Positions 48,300-57,713 of a stretch of DNA of 64,000 nt are shown piece by piece; the first letter of the stretch is position 1, and every line of letters begins with the position of its first letter. Below the pieces are notes generated by a model. The model was given only the letters and a program-made list of their open reading frames with translations, was not told the origin of the DNA and ran no database searches. Origin of the DNA: Ilumatobacteraceae bacterium (lineage in GTDB: Bacteria; Actinomycetota; Acidimicrobiia; Acidimicrobiales; Ilumatobacteraceae); assembly GCA_963698435.1 (NCBI GenBank), contig CAVOQV010000017.1:53812-117811 (forward strand), read 5' to 3'. The translations under genes were made by a program, and so were the position numbers.

Positions 48300-50551
48300 G
48301 CACGCGACGTCCACCGAGACGACACCGGATCGCCGTCGGGAGCATCGCACTGATCCTGGCGGCGTGGCCGACGACCTCGCTGGCCGGGGTCGATACGCAA
48401 CGATCGACGCAATCGTCGAGCGGCGCTCGACTCGAACTGATCGATCAGCGTTTCGCCACCGATCCCAACGGTGACATCCAGCTGCGCTACCTGCTGACCG
48501 GGCTCGTCGGCGACCCGCTCCAGCTCGTACCGCGACCCGCACCCCCACTCACACCCGGGTCGCCCGCCACCGATCCGGCGGCGCCCGTTGATTCCGCGAC
48601 CGTCGAGCCGGTACCCGAACCGCCTGTCCCCGAGTTGCCGACCCTCACGATCGAGGTCACCAACTACCTTCCGCTCAGCGACCCGGACGACGTCGCCGCG
48701 CTCGTCGGCAGCGACGTCGACCCCTCTGCGTTCCGGAGCGTCGGCGACGCCGTGGATGGCGTCGCGTTCGATGCCCGGCCGCTGCTGTCACGAAACGACG
48801 ACGGCACCGTCGAGCTGGCCCTCGACATCGGCACCGACGTCGTCGACAGCATCGAGACTCGACTGAAGATGGAGCGCCCCGGCATCTACCCGTTGCGGAT
48901 CCAGCTGCTGATCGGCGACCGTGCCGACCGGAACGTGGTCGCGACCGCAGGCACGATGATCCAACGTCTTGCGGGCGCCGGTGACACCGATGTCGAGGTG
49001 GCACCGCCGATCGACTTGTCGATCGTCACGGTGACGCCCGCACCCGGGCCGGGAGCTGACGAGGCGACGAACGAGCGCGCGCGGACCCGACTCGACGAAT
49101 CGGTCGATCTGGCCGCCGAGCTCGACCCCCCGGTGACCCTCGAGGTCCCTCCCCTGTTGGTCGCCGACGCCGCTGCGACGCCGGAGGGCGCCGAGCACCT
49201 CGCCAACTCCCTCGCCGACGATGAGCTCGTCGCGTTGCCGCTCATCCCGCTCGACGTGTCATCGGCGGTCGCGGCCGACCGAGCCGACGCCTACACGAGA
49301 CTCGTGGCCGCCGGTGAAGACGTCCTCACCGAGGCCGTGCCCACCACGCCGTCTCGACGCGAGGTCTGGATCACCACCGACGAACTCAGCGCCGGTGGGG
49401 CGCAGCACCTGCGTGACCTGGGAACTCGCTTCGTGATCATCCCAGCCGAGTTGTACGCCGACACGATCAGCAACGACGCTCCCCCGACCGACCGATTCGT
49501 CGAAGCCGCACTCCCCGACGGCGGCACCCTTCCGTTCCTCGTGGTCGATGCGCTGGCCGAGCAACTGACCGAATCGGCCGCCGATCAGATCCTGGCCAGG
49601 TCCACCTCGGTCGAGTGGGGGGTCGAGACGCTCGCCGAGATGCTGGTGGAGCAAGCCGACGAAGATGCTGCCGCCGGATCGGCGTCCGGACGCCCAGCGG
49701 CGCCGCCGCGCCGAAGCCGCATCCTCACGACGCCCGATCTGGCCAGTCCCGATCCGCGCCTGCTCCAGGCACTCGCGGAACTGACGACGACAACCCCATC
49801 GGTCCGGTTCACGCCGGCTTCGGCGCTCACGGGCGCCACCGACGTCGCGCTGGTCGACGGCGAGCCCGTCTCGATCGAGCTGCCGGAGGTCGCCGGGCAA
49901 TCGCTCGACTCTCGCATCGAACTTCTCGACCGCACCGCCCTGCGGCTGGCGAGCGCCGCATCGATGTTGCCACCGGACGACCCTCGGCCCGCGGACTGGT
50001 CCGACGAGCTCGAGAGTCTGATCTCCACCGGCTACTCCGAGACCGAGGTCCAAGTGGCCACGGCCACACTCGTGGCCGAGGCTGACGCGCTCACACAGGC
50101 GGTCGAGCTGCCCGAGCCGTTCACGTTCACCCTGACCGGTCGCAGCGGAACGATCGAGGTCCGCCTCGGCAACACCAGCGACGAGCGACTCGACGTGGTC
50201 GTGGCGCTCGAGTCGGGGAAGATCACGTTCCCGGACGGTGACCAGCGGGTCACACTGCTCCCAAACGACGAGACCAGTGTGATCGTGCCGGTCGAAGCCG
50301 AATCGAACGGAACCTCGTCGATCAACCTGGTCGTGTCGACGCCCGCCGGTGAAGCGCTCGGGGAGCCGGTCACCTTGATCGCCCGCGTCACCGCGCTCAC
50401 CGGTCTCGGCCAGGTGCTCACCGGTGGGTTCATCCTGGTGCTGCTGACGTGGTGGTTCACGCACTGGCGGAATCGACGGCGCGCTGCGCTCGCGGACAAC
50501 GGCCGTGAGCGTCACCCCAGCAACGGCAAAGTAGGCTCGGACGCCCTGTGA
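48296..50551 (+). CDS. Rv3909-like (DUF6049-type) secreted protein with a C-terminal TM anchor
   Basis: GTG 48296 overlaps the GNAT stop (GTGA). It has a signal-like N-terminus and a C-terminal TM LTGGFILVLLTWWF. Its position next to cca matches the M. tuberculosis gene order as I recall it. Family assignment is by synteny and architecture only. Confidence 0.5.
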   Translation: MSTRRPPRRHRIAVGSIALILAAWPTTSLAGVDTQRSTQSSSGARLELIDQRFATDPNGDIQLRYLLTGLVGDPLQLVPRPAPPLTPGSPATDPAAPVDSATVEPVPEPPVPELPTLTIEVTNYLPLSDPDDVAALVGSDVDPSAFRSVGDAVDGVAFDARPLLSRNDDGTVELALDIGTDVVDSIETRLKMERPGIYPLRIQLLIGDRADRNVVATAGTMIQRLAGAGDTDVEVAPPIDLSIVTVTPAPGPGADEATNERARTRLDESVDLAAELDPPVTLEVPPLLVADAAATPEGAEHLANSLADDELVALPLIPLDVSSAVAADRADAYTRLVAAGEDVLTEAVPTTPSRREVWITTDELSAGGAQHLRDLGTRFVIIPAELYADTISNDAPPTDRFVEAALPDGGTLPFLVVDALAEQLTESAADQILARSTSVEWGVETLAEMLVEQADEDAAAGSASGRPAAPPRRSRILTTPDLASPDPRLLQALAELTTTTPSVRFTPASALTGATDVALVDGEPVSIELPEVAGQSLDSRIELLDRTALRLASAASMLPPDDPRPADWSDELESLISTGYSETEVQVATATLVAEADALTQAVELPEPFTFTLTGRSGTIEVRLGNTSDERLDVVVALESGKITFPDGDQRVTLLPNDETSVIVPVEAESNGTSSINLVVSTPAGEALGEPVTLIARVTALTGLGQVLTGGFILVLLTWWFTHWRNRRRAALADNGRERHPSNGKVGSDAL

Positions 50552-51441
50552 CTGACTCGATGAACCCGACCGACGACGATGCCGTGCCGACGGTGCATGT
50601 CGTGACCGACAGCTCCTGCGATCTCCCCGTCGACATCGCCGAAGAACTCGACATCAGCATCGTGCCGCTGACCATCCGATTCGGGGACGAGGAGTTCGTC
50701 GATCGGGACGAGCTGTCAACCGCCGAATTCTGGACCCGCTGTGTCAACTCCGACACGCTGCCGGAAACCGCGGCACCCGCGCCGGGACAGTTCGAGAAGA
50801 CCTACCGGGCGGCAGCAGCCAACGGCGCCTCGGCCATCATCGTGATCTCGTTGTCGTCCGAGTTGTCGGCCACCATGCAGTCCGCCCAGCTCGCCGCCCG
50901 GACGATCAACGACGACGCCGACATCGACCTCGACGTCCGGGTGATCGACAGCCGCACGATCTCGATGGGTGTCGGAACGATCGCCTTGGCGTGCGCCCGA
51001 GCGGCTCGCGGCGGTGCCGACATCGACGAGATCGAGGAACTCGCCACCGACCTCGTCAGCCGCACCAAGGTCTACGGCGCGCTCGACACGCTCGAGAACC
51101 TCAAGAAGGGTGGTCGGATCGGCAACGCCAAGGCCCTGCTCGCGACGGCGCTGTCGATCAAACCGATCATCGAGGTCACCGGCGGCGTGGTCGAGCAGGC
51201 CGGCAAGCAGCGGACCCGCTCGAAGGCGCTCGCCCACCTCGTCGACACCGTCCAGCGTTACCAGGGCAACATCGAGAACCTGGCGGTTCTCCACGCAGAC
51301 TGCAGCGACATCGACCTCTTCGTCGAAATGCTCGCTCCGTACCACACCGACGACATCGTCGTCGGTGAGATCGGGCCCGTGATCGGCACCCACGGCGGAC
51401 GGGGCACGATCGGCGTCGCGTTCCAGGTCATCAACCCCTGA
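50548..51441 (+). CDS. DegV family fatty-acid-binding protein
   Basis: VHVVTDSSCDLP...SIVPLTIRFG...QPAPGQF-like AAPAPGQF. GTGA overlap with the upstream gene. Confidence 0.85.
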   Translation: MTDSMNPTDDDAVPTVHVVTDSSCDLPVDIAEELDISIVPLTIRFGDEEFVDRDELSTAEFWTRCVNSDTLPETAAPAPGQFEKTYRAAAANGASAIIVISLSSELSATMQSAQLAARTINDDADIDLDVRVIDSRTISMGVGTIALACARAARGGADIDEIEELATDLVSRTKVYGALDTLENLKKGGRIGNAKALLATALSIKPIIEVTGGVVEQAGKQRTRSKALAHLVDTVQRYQGNIENLAVLHADCSDIDLFVEMLAPYHTDDIVVGEIGPVIGTHGGRGTIGVAFQVINP

Positions 51442-51515
51442 ATCCGCTCACGCGAACGTTGGCAGCGAATTGACGGCCTCGCGCCGCCTGCCACAGCTAG
51501 CGTTCGTCGGCAGTC

Positions 51516-53300
51516 ATGTCCGCTGCGGCTCCGCCTCCCACTCCAACCGTCATCGCGCAGCGGTACGAACTCCAGCGCATGCTCGCGCAAGGCGGCATGG
51601 CCGAGGTCTGGCTGGCGGTCGATCTCACACTCGATCGCAAGGTGGCCGTCAAGTGGCTCAAGCCCTCGCTCGCCACTGACCCGGTCGTCGCCGAACGATT
51701 CCGCCGCGAAGCGATCGCCGCCGCGAGCCTCAACCACCCGAACATCGTTGCGGTCCACGACGTGTTCGAACAGGACGGCCGTCAAGCCGTCGTGATGCAG
51801 CTCGTCGAAGGCAAGAGCCTGCGCCAAGTCCTCGACACCCAGAAGCGGCTGAGCCCCGAACTCACCTGCCACATCGGCACATGTGTCGCTGCTGCGCTCG
51901 ACCATGCCCACCAAGCGGGATTCGTCCACCGTGACGTGAAGCCCGGCAACATCATGATGACGTCCGACGGCCGGGTCCTGCTCACCGACTTCGGCATCGC
52001 CAAGGGGCTGCAGTCGGCCGAGGCCGACCTCACCAGCGACAACATCATGATGGGCACGGCCAAGTACCTGTCGCCGGAACAGGTGCGCGGCAAGAAACTC
52101 GACGGTCGCGCCGACCTCTACTCACTCGGTCTCGTGCTGTACGAGTGCCTGGCCGGCCGCGTTCCGTTCCTCGGCGAAACCGACGCCGACACCGCGCTGG
52201 CCCGACTCCAGCGCGACCCCACCGACCTCAGCCGCCTGCGAGCAACGCTGCCGACGAAGCTGGTCGTCGCCATTCACCAACTCCTGGCACGAAATCCGGC
52301 CCAGCGACCCGCAACCGGCGCCGACCTGGTGACCACGCTGCGCGACGCCGCGAAGGAGGGCCCACCCGCAATCGATCCGACTCCGTACGAGCAGTCACCG
52401 GTCAGTCCGTTCGGCGGCCGGCGTCTCCGGCGGGCACCGTCGGACATCGCGGGGCGCGCCGGTGACCGGGCGCGGGCCACGCGGCCCGGCGACACGCCGC
52501 ACGCCACGCCGGCAACCGCGCACCGCAGCCAGCCAAGCGGTGCGATCCCCGGCGAAGTCGCACACGTGGCGAACGCGTCGCCCACGCCCCCGGCCACCGC
52601 GGTCCAACGCGACGCGACCCCGCCCGCCGTGGCGCTTCGCGGCAAACCCGCCAAAGGGCTCACGCAGGAATGGCGTCCCGCCTTCACGCTGGTGGCGCTG
52701 TTGCTGGTGGCCGCACTCGTGGTCGGCGTGCTGCTGTGGACCAGCATGAGTTTCGGGGGCGCTGACCCGGTCACGTCGACCACCGCGTTGCCCGAGACCG
52801 AGCCGAGCACGGCACCGAACAACGGTGCACTCGCCGCCGGACCGGCAGCCGTCGCCACCGTGACCGCGTACGATCCCAGCGGTGACGGCACCGAGAACGA
52901 CGGTGACGCCGTGTTGTCGCTCGCGGACGGCAACACCGCCACCTCGTGGCCGACGACCTGCTATTCGTCCCGCTACATGGGTGGCAAACCGGGTGTCGGC
53001 TTGGTCGTCACGCTCGACGATCTGGCCCAACAGGCGATCGCCGTCGATGTCCAGACCGGTCCGTACCAGGTCGACTTCTTCGCCTCCGACGCCGACACCA
53101 TTCCGACATCACTCGACGCGTGGGGTTCCCCACTCGGCGCGACCGCGTTCGCCAACGAGCCCGGGACGGTCGTGTCGCCGGTGCCGCCCGCGCCCGCCAG
53201 ACACATCTTGATCCTGCTCAAGGAGATCGGTCCGGACCCGACGTGCAGCGACGCGAATCCCTACCGCGGACGACTTGGCGAGATCACCGTCGCCAGCTGA
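51516..53300 (+). CDS. Transmembrane Ser/Thr protein kinase with a discoidin-like extracellular domain
   Basis: VAVKWLK, HRDVKPGNIMM, DFGIAKG, YLSPEQ. One TM (FTLVALLLVAALVVGVLLW). The ectodomain carries LADGNTATSWPTTCY. Confidence 0.9.
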   Translation: MSAAAPPPTPTVIAQRYELQRMLAQGGMAEVWLAVDLTLDRKVAVKWLKPSLATDPVVAERFRREAIAAASLNHPNIVAVHDVFEQDGRQAVVMQLVEGKSLRQVLDTQKRLSPELTCHIGTCVAAALDHAHQAGFVHRDVKPGNIMMTSDGRVLLTDFGIAKGLQSAEADLTSDNIMMGTAKYLSPEQVRGKKLDGRADLYSLGLVLYECLAGRVPFLGETDADTALARLQRDPTDLSRLRATLPTKLVVAIHQLLARNPAQRPATGADLVTTLRDAAKEGPPAIDPTPYEQSPVSPFGGRRLRRAPSDIAGRAGDRARATRPGDTPHATPATAHRSQPSGAIPGEVAHVANASPTPPATAVQRDATPPAVALRGKPAKGLTQEWRPAFTLVALLLVAALVVGVLLWTSMSFGGADPVTSTTALPETEPSTAPNNGALAAGPAAVATVTAYDPSGDGTENDGDAVLSLADGNTATSWPTTCYSSRYMGGKPGVGLVVTLDDLAQQAIAVDVQTGPYQVDFFASDADTIPTSLDAWGSPLGATAFANEPGTVVSPVPPAPARHILILLKEIGPDPTCSDANPYRGRLGEITVAS

Positions 53301-53414
53301 CACGACTCGCCGAGATCGCATCGAACACACCCGGACCTTCGACCCGACATCCCGCCGGGCCCGGGGCGGGTTGGGTACGCTCGCAGCATTCCTCGCCAAC
53401 TCGATGACGCCGCC

Positions 53415-54002
53415 TTGGTTGCCGCCGCGCAGGGCGGAGACCGGTTCGCGCTCGATCAGCTGCTGCGCCGCCACTACGACCGGATCCATGCCGTCTGTCG
53501 CCGAGTCGCCGGGAGCACCCGCGACGCCGACGATGCGTGCCAGGAGGCGCTGATCAAGATCGTTCGCAGCCTCCCACGCTTCGACGGGCGGTCGTCCTTC
53601 GGCACGTGGGCCTACCGCATCGCCACCAACGCGTCGCTGGACGAACTTCGCAAACGCCAGCGGCGCCCGGCCCTGCACGCCGTCGGCGAGGACGACCGGC
53701 CCGAAACCGTCGACCCGAAAGCCGACAACTACACCGAACGCTCTGCCGATCGGCTCGTGCTCGATGATGCACTCGAGCACCTTCCCGACGACCTCCGGGT
53801 GGCCGTCGTGCTCCGCGACGTCGCCGACCTCGACTACGCAGAGATCGCCGAGACGCTCGATGTCCCCATCGGCACGGTGAAATCCCGGATCTCCCGGGGC
53901 CGTGCCGCCCTGGCCGCCCACCTCCGACTCGACGACGATCATCAACCGGGAACTCCAGGGAACCGACCAGGCCCCGCGGAACGTCCAACAGATCCGACAT
54001 GA
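53415..54002 (+). CDS. ECF (SigM-like) RNA polymerase sigma factor
   Basis: Region 2 RRHYDRIHAVCRR...DADDACQEALIKI...FGTWAYRIATNASLDELRK. Region 4 DLDYAEIAETLDVPIGTVKSRISRGR. TTG 53415 is the first canonical start. Confidence 0.85.
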   Translation: MVAAAQGGDRFALDQLLRRHYDRIHAVCRRVAGSTRDADDACQEALIKIVRSLPRFDGRSSFGTWAYRIATNASLDELRKRQRRPALHAVGEDDRPETVDPKADNYTERSADRLVLDDALEHLPDDLRVAVVLRDVADLDYAEIAETLDVPIGTVKSRISRGRAALAAHLRLDDDHQPGTPGNRPGPAERPTDPT

Positions 54003-54919
54003 ACGACGACCTGATTCTGCTCGCGAGCGCCTATCTCGACGGTGACGTGACCGCCGACGAGCGCGCCCGGGTAGAGGGCGACCCCGCCCTGCTCGCTGAA
54101 GTCGAGCGGCTGCGATCGGTCCGTGCCCTGCTGAGCGATGTCGAACCGCAGGCCATCTCCGTTCGCGAAGCCCAGCTGGCAACGGCACTCGACATCTGGG
54201 ACCGCATTCCCGAGCCCGAACGCACCGGAGCCCGCCGCGACGTCACCCCGGTCGGCGTCGACCCCGCTGCGGTGGCCGGCGCGGCATCGGTCACCGCTCC
54301 CACACCGCTCAGCGGGCGGCGGCGGGTGTCACGCACGTCATCGACGCGTTGGCTCACCGGGGCCGCTGCGGCGCTGGTGCTCGTGCTCGCCGGTGGCGTT
54401 GCGCTCCAGCTCACCTCAGACGACGGCACCGACGAGACATCCAGCGATCAGGCATCTTCGGCCGGCGACGAGCTCGACGGGACCGAAGCTCTCGCCGCCA
54501 CCGGGCGAGCCGACGACCCGACCGCGGACGAGCTCGCACCGGCAGCGGACGCGACCGAGGAGGCGACGATCGAACTCGACACCGGGATCGACGACGTCGC
54601 ACCACCGGGCGAGAACGCCGGACTCGACCAGCTCGAGAACCTGACCGACCTCGCCGACTTCGCCACCGCGGCCGTTGGCGCACCTTCGGCACCGGACGTA
54701 CCAGCAGCGACGAGCGCGGCGAGCGACGACGAGCTGTCCGAGGTGGAGACGTACCTCGCGGAAGCAGAACTCCCGCGTTGTCTCGGCGTCGATCTGGTCG
54801 TCGGCCCCGCGGTGTACGGCGACGTCCCGGTCGTGGTCGGCATCGACGAGAGCCGGAATCTCGCCATCGCCTACCGCGCCGCGACCTGTACCGAAGTCGC
54901 CCGGGTGCGACTGCCCTGA
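53999..54919 (+). CDS. Anti-sigma factor (single-pass membrane protein)
   Basis: ATGA overlap with the sigma gene. N-terminal LASAYLDGDVTADERARVE, and TM WLTGAAAALVLVLAGGVAL. Confidence 0.7.
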   Translation: MNDDLILLASAYLDGDVTADERARVEGDPALLAEVERLRSVRALLSDVEPQAISVREAQLATALDIWDRIPEPERTGARRDVTPVGVDPAAVAGAASVTAPTPLSGRRRVSRTSSTRWLTGAAAALVLVLAGGVALQLTSDDGTDETSSDQASSAGDELDGTEALAATGRADDPTADELAPAADATEEATIELDTGIDDVAPPGENAGLDQLENLTDLADFATAAVGAPSAPDVPAATSAASDDELSEVETYLAEAELPRCLGVDLVVGPAVYGDVPVVVGIDESRNLAIAYRAATCTEVARVRLP

Positions 54920-54940
54920 GCCGGCGGCTAGCCTCGCCGC

Positions 54941-55264
54941 ATGCCGGCCAACCCGCTCACCGATCCGAACTGGGCCACCGAGACCACCGACAAGCTCGTC
55001 AGTCTGATCGACAACGTCCGGTCCCAGACCACGCAGAAGGTGGTCTACGCAGCCCGCGGCGCGGTGTTCGGCGTCATCGCGGTGATGCTCGGCGCCCTCA
55101 TCGCGATCATCGCCATCGTCGGACTCATGCGCGCCGTGCAGGCGCTCCTGGCGCTCGCGGTCGACTGGCCACAGGCGGTCTACCTCAGCTACTTCATCGT
55201 CGGTGGCATCTTCTGCCTCGTTGGGCTGGTGCTGTTCCACAAGCGCAACGCCGCAGCTGGCTGA
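54941..55264 (+). CDS. Hypothetical two-TM membrane protein
   Basis: 107 aa with two hydrophobic helices (GAVFGVIAVMLGALIAIIAIVGL and YLSYFIVGGIFCLVGLVLF). Confidence 0.5.
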   Translation: MPANPLTDPNWATETTDKLVSLIDNVRSQTTQKVVYAARGAVFGVIAVMLGALIAIIAIVGLMRAVQALLALAVDWPQAVYLSYFIVGGIFCLVGLVLFHKRNAAAG

Positions 55265-55314
55265 CCCGGCCGTCGATCCACCAACGCCGCACAACGACCC
55301 CCAGAGGAAGTGAC

Positions 55315-56268
55315 ATGTCTGACGTTCGTGATGTGATCATCATCGGATCGGGACCTGCGGGTCTCACCGCAGCCGTCTACAGCGCCCGCGCGAATCTGGC
55401 ACCGCTCTTGATCGAGGGCGAGCCGTCGAGCACCAGCGACCAGCCCGGCGGCCAGCTGATGCTGACCACGGAGGTCGAGAACTTCCCCGGATTCCCCGAC
55501 GGGATCATGGGCCCGGAGCTGATGGCCAACATGCGCAGCCAGGCCGAGCGGTTCGGCACCGAGATCCTGACCGAGAAGGTCACCGCGGTCGACTTCTCCG
55601 AGCGTCCGTTTCGCGTCTGGGTTCGTGACACTGAGTACCGCGCGCACGCCGTGATCGTCAGCACCGGCGCGCAATCACTGATGCTCGGTCTCGAGCCCGA
55701 GCAACGACTCATCGGTCATGGGTTGTCGACGTGTGCCACCTGTGACGGCTTCTTCTTCCGCGGCCAGGAGATCGCCGTGGTGGGCGGTGGCGACTCGGCC
55801 ATCGAGGAGGCCACGTTCCTGACCAAGTTCGCCGACAAGGTCACGATCGTGCACCGCCGCGACGAGCTGCGGGCATCCAAGATCATGCAGGATCGGGCAT
55901 TCGCCAACCCCAAGATCGAGTTCCGCTGGAACGCCCGGGTCACCGACATCTTCGGTGACACCTCGGTCTCGGGCATCGAGTTGACCGACACCGTGGACGG
56001 CTCGGTGTCGACGCTTGCGGTCACCGGGCTGTTCATCGCCATCGGTCACCGCCCCAACACCGACCTGTTCGTCGACAAGCTCGCAATGAACCCGGACACC
56101 GGCTACCTGATCACCCGACCGGATTCGTCCTACACCGACGTCGACGGCGTGTTCGCGTGCGGTGACGTGCAAGACGACGTCTACCGCCAGGCGATCACCG
56201 CAGCGGGATCCGGCTGCATGGCGGCGATCGACGCCGAGCGCTGGCTCGAGGCCAACGTTCACCACTGA
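55315..56268 (+). CDS. trxB: Thioredoxin-disulfide reductase
   Basis: IIIGSGPAG, redox centre CATCDG and VVGGGDSAIEEA. ATG 55315 is preceded by AGAGGAAG. Confidence 0.95.
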   Translation: MSDVRDVIIIGSGPAGLTAAVYSARANLAPLLIEGEPSSTSDQPGGQLMLTTEVENFPGFPDGIMGPELMANMRSQAERFGTEILTEKVTAVDFSERPFRVWVRDTEYRAHAVIVSTGAQSLMLGLEPEQRLIGHGLSTCATCDGFFFRGQEIAVVGGGDSAIEEATFLTKFADKVTIVHRRDELRASKIMQDRAFANPKIEFRWNARVTDIFGDTSVSGIELTDTVDGSVSTLAVTGLFIAIGHRPNTDLFVDKLAMNPDTGYLITRPDSSYTDVDGVFACGDVQDDVYRQAITAAGSGCMAAIDAERWLEANVHH

Positions 56269-56390
56269 CGCATCACGTCCGCCGAGGAAGTCCCACCGCA
56301 GCAACAGGGAATGTTCCGACCGCATCGCCGGTTGACCCGTTCCCCCCACGAGTGACGTACGCTGCTCGTGAACTTCGAAAGGAATGCGCC

Positions 56391-56729
56391 ATGGCAGACG
56401 GCATCGTCAACTTGTCCTCCAGCACCTTCGACGAGAGCGTGATCGGCTCGGACAAGCCCGTCATCGTCGACTTCTGGGCCGAATGGTGTGGCCCGTGCAA
56501 GCAGATCGCGCCGATCCTCGCCGAGATCGCCGACGAGCATGCCGGCGACATCACCGTTGCCAAGCTCAACGTCGACGACCATCCCGATCTGGCCATGCGC
56601 TACAACGTCATGAGCATTCCGACGCTGCTCGTGTTCTCGGGCGGTGACGTCTCGAAGCGACTCGTCGGCGCCAAGAGCAAGGGTGCCCTGCTGCAGGAGC
56701 TCGACGAATTCCTGGCGACGACGCACTGA
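56391..56729 (+). CDS. trxA: Thioredoxin
   Basis: DFWAEWCGPCK. 112 aa. Confidence 0.95.
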   Translation: MADGIVNLSSSTFDESVIGSDKPVIVDFWAEWCGPCKQIAPILAEIADEHAGDITVAKLNVDDHPDLAMRYNVMSIPTLLVFSGGDVSKRLVGAKSKGALLQELDEFLATTH

Positions 56730-57703
56730 CGGGTCACTTCCCGCTGACGGAGGGACAACGCGGCGAGGCGGTCCGCGATCTCCAGCGTCGCCTCGGTACG
56801 GCAGGGCTGACACCGTCGGGCGACCCACCCGGCGACTTCGGCGCGTCCACGCGCCAAGCAGTGACCGACTTCCAGCGTCTCCGTGGCCTGCACACCAGTG
56901 GGTCCTGCGACGAGCACACCTGGATGGCGCTGGTCGAGGCTGGCTGGCGTCTGGGCGACCGTCTGTTGGTGCTCGCCGCACCACAATTGCGCGGTGATGA
57001 CATCGCCGAGCTCCAAGACGCCCTCAATCAGCTCGGATTCGACTGCGGTCGCCCCGATGGCATCTTCGGTCCCGCCACCGTGCGTGCACTGGAGGACTTC
57101 CAGCGCAACGGCGGCCTGACACCGGATGGGATCTGTGGTCCCCGAACGATTCGCACCATCGAGCTGCTCCGTCGGCAATCGGGTTCGGGACCCGGCGTCG
57201 CGTCTGTCCGAGAGGCCCTCACCACGCACTCCTCACTGGCCACGCTGCGCATCGTGGTCGGGCAGTTCGGCGGACTGAGCTCGATCACTCGATCGGTGAC
57301 CCGCGCACTGCGCACCAGCGGCGCCACCGTGATGTCGACCGACGAGTACGAGGCGGGCGCCCAGGCAGCCGCGGCCAACCGGTTCGGTGCGCACGTGTAC
57401 ATCGGATTCGAGGCGCGAGTGGACGCACGTTCGCTCATCTCCTACTTTGCCGTACCGACGTTCGAGTCGATCGGTGGTCGAGCCCTGGCGAGCCAGATCG
57501 CTGCCTGCTGGTGTTCCGCGCTCGTGGCGCCACCCGAGGTGCGAGGGATGCGCCTTCCCGTGCTGCGCGAAACGCGGATGCCAGCCGTGCTGTGTTCGCT
57601 TGGCCCCGTTCGGGCTGCTGTCGACGCCACCGACGCCGTCACCGAGGCGATCGTGATGGCGCTCACTGCCTGGACAACCAGCACGTCGTCCACCGACAGC
57701 TGA
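56726..57703 (+). CDS. cwlM: CwlM-like protein: two PG_binding_1 repeats and a degenerate N-acetylmuramoyl-L-alanine amidase domain
   Basis: Repeat 1 is GEAVRDLQRRLG...DFGASTRQAVTDFQRLRGL...TW. Repeat 2 is DDIAELQDALNQLGF...IFGPATVRALEDFQRNGGL. The first canonical start (GTG 56861) falls inside repeat 1. I propose a CTG start at 56726 overlapping the trxA stop (CTGA). Confidence 0.65.
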   Translation: MTGHFPLTEGQRGEAVRDLQRRLGTAGLTPSGDPPGDFGASTRQAVTDFQRLRGLHTSGSCDEHTWMALVEAGWRLGDRLLVLAAPQLRGDDIAELQDALNQLGFDCGRPDGIFGPATVRALEDFQRNGGLTPDGICGPRTIRTIELLRRQSGSGPGVASVREALTTHSSLATLRIVVGQFGGLSSITRSVTRALRTSGATVMSTDEYEAGAQAAAANRFGAHVYIGFEARVDARSLISYFAVPTFESIGGRALASQIAACWCSALVAPPEVRGMRLPVLRETRMPAVLCSLGPVRAAVDATDAVTEAIVMALTAWTTSTSSTDS

Positions 57704-57704
57704 G

Positions 57705-57713
57705 TTGTCCACA
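57705..57713 (+). promoter_or_regulatory. Consensus DnaA box TTGTCCACA (a second, degenerate box TTGTCCGCC lies at 57757-57765)
   Basis: The extended 15-mer AGTTGTCCACAGCCT (57703-57717) is identical to 63902-63916. Confidence 0.6.
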
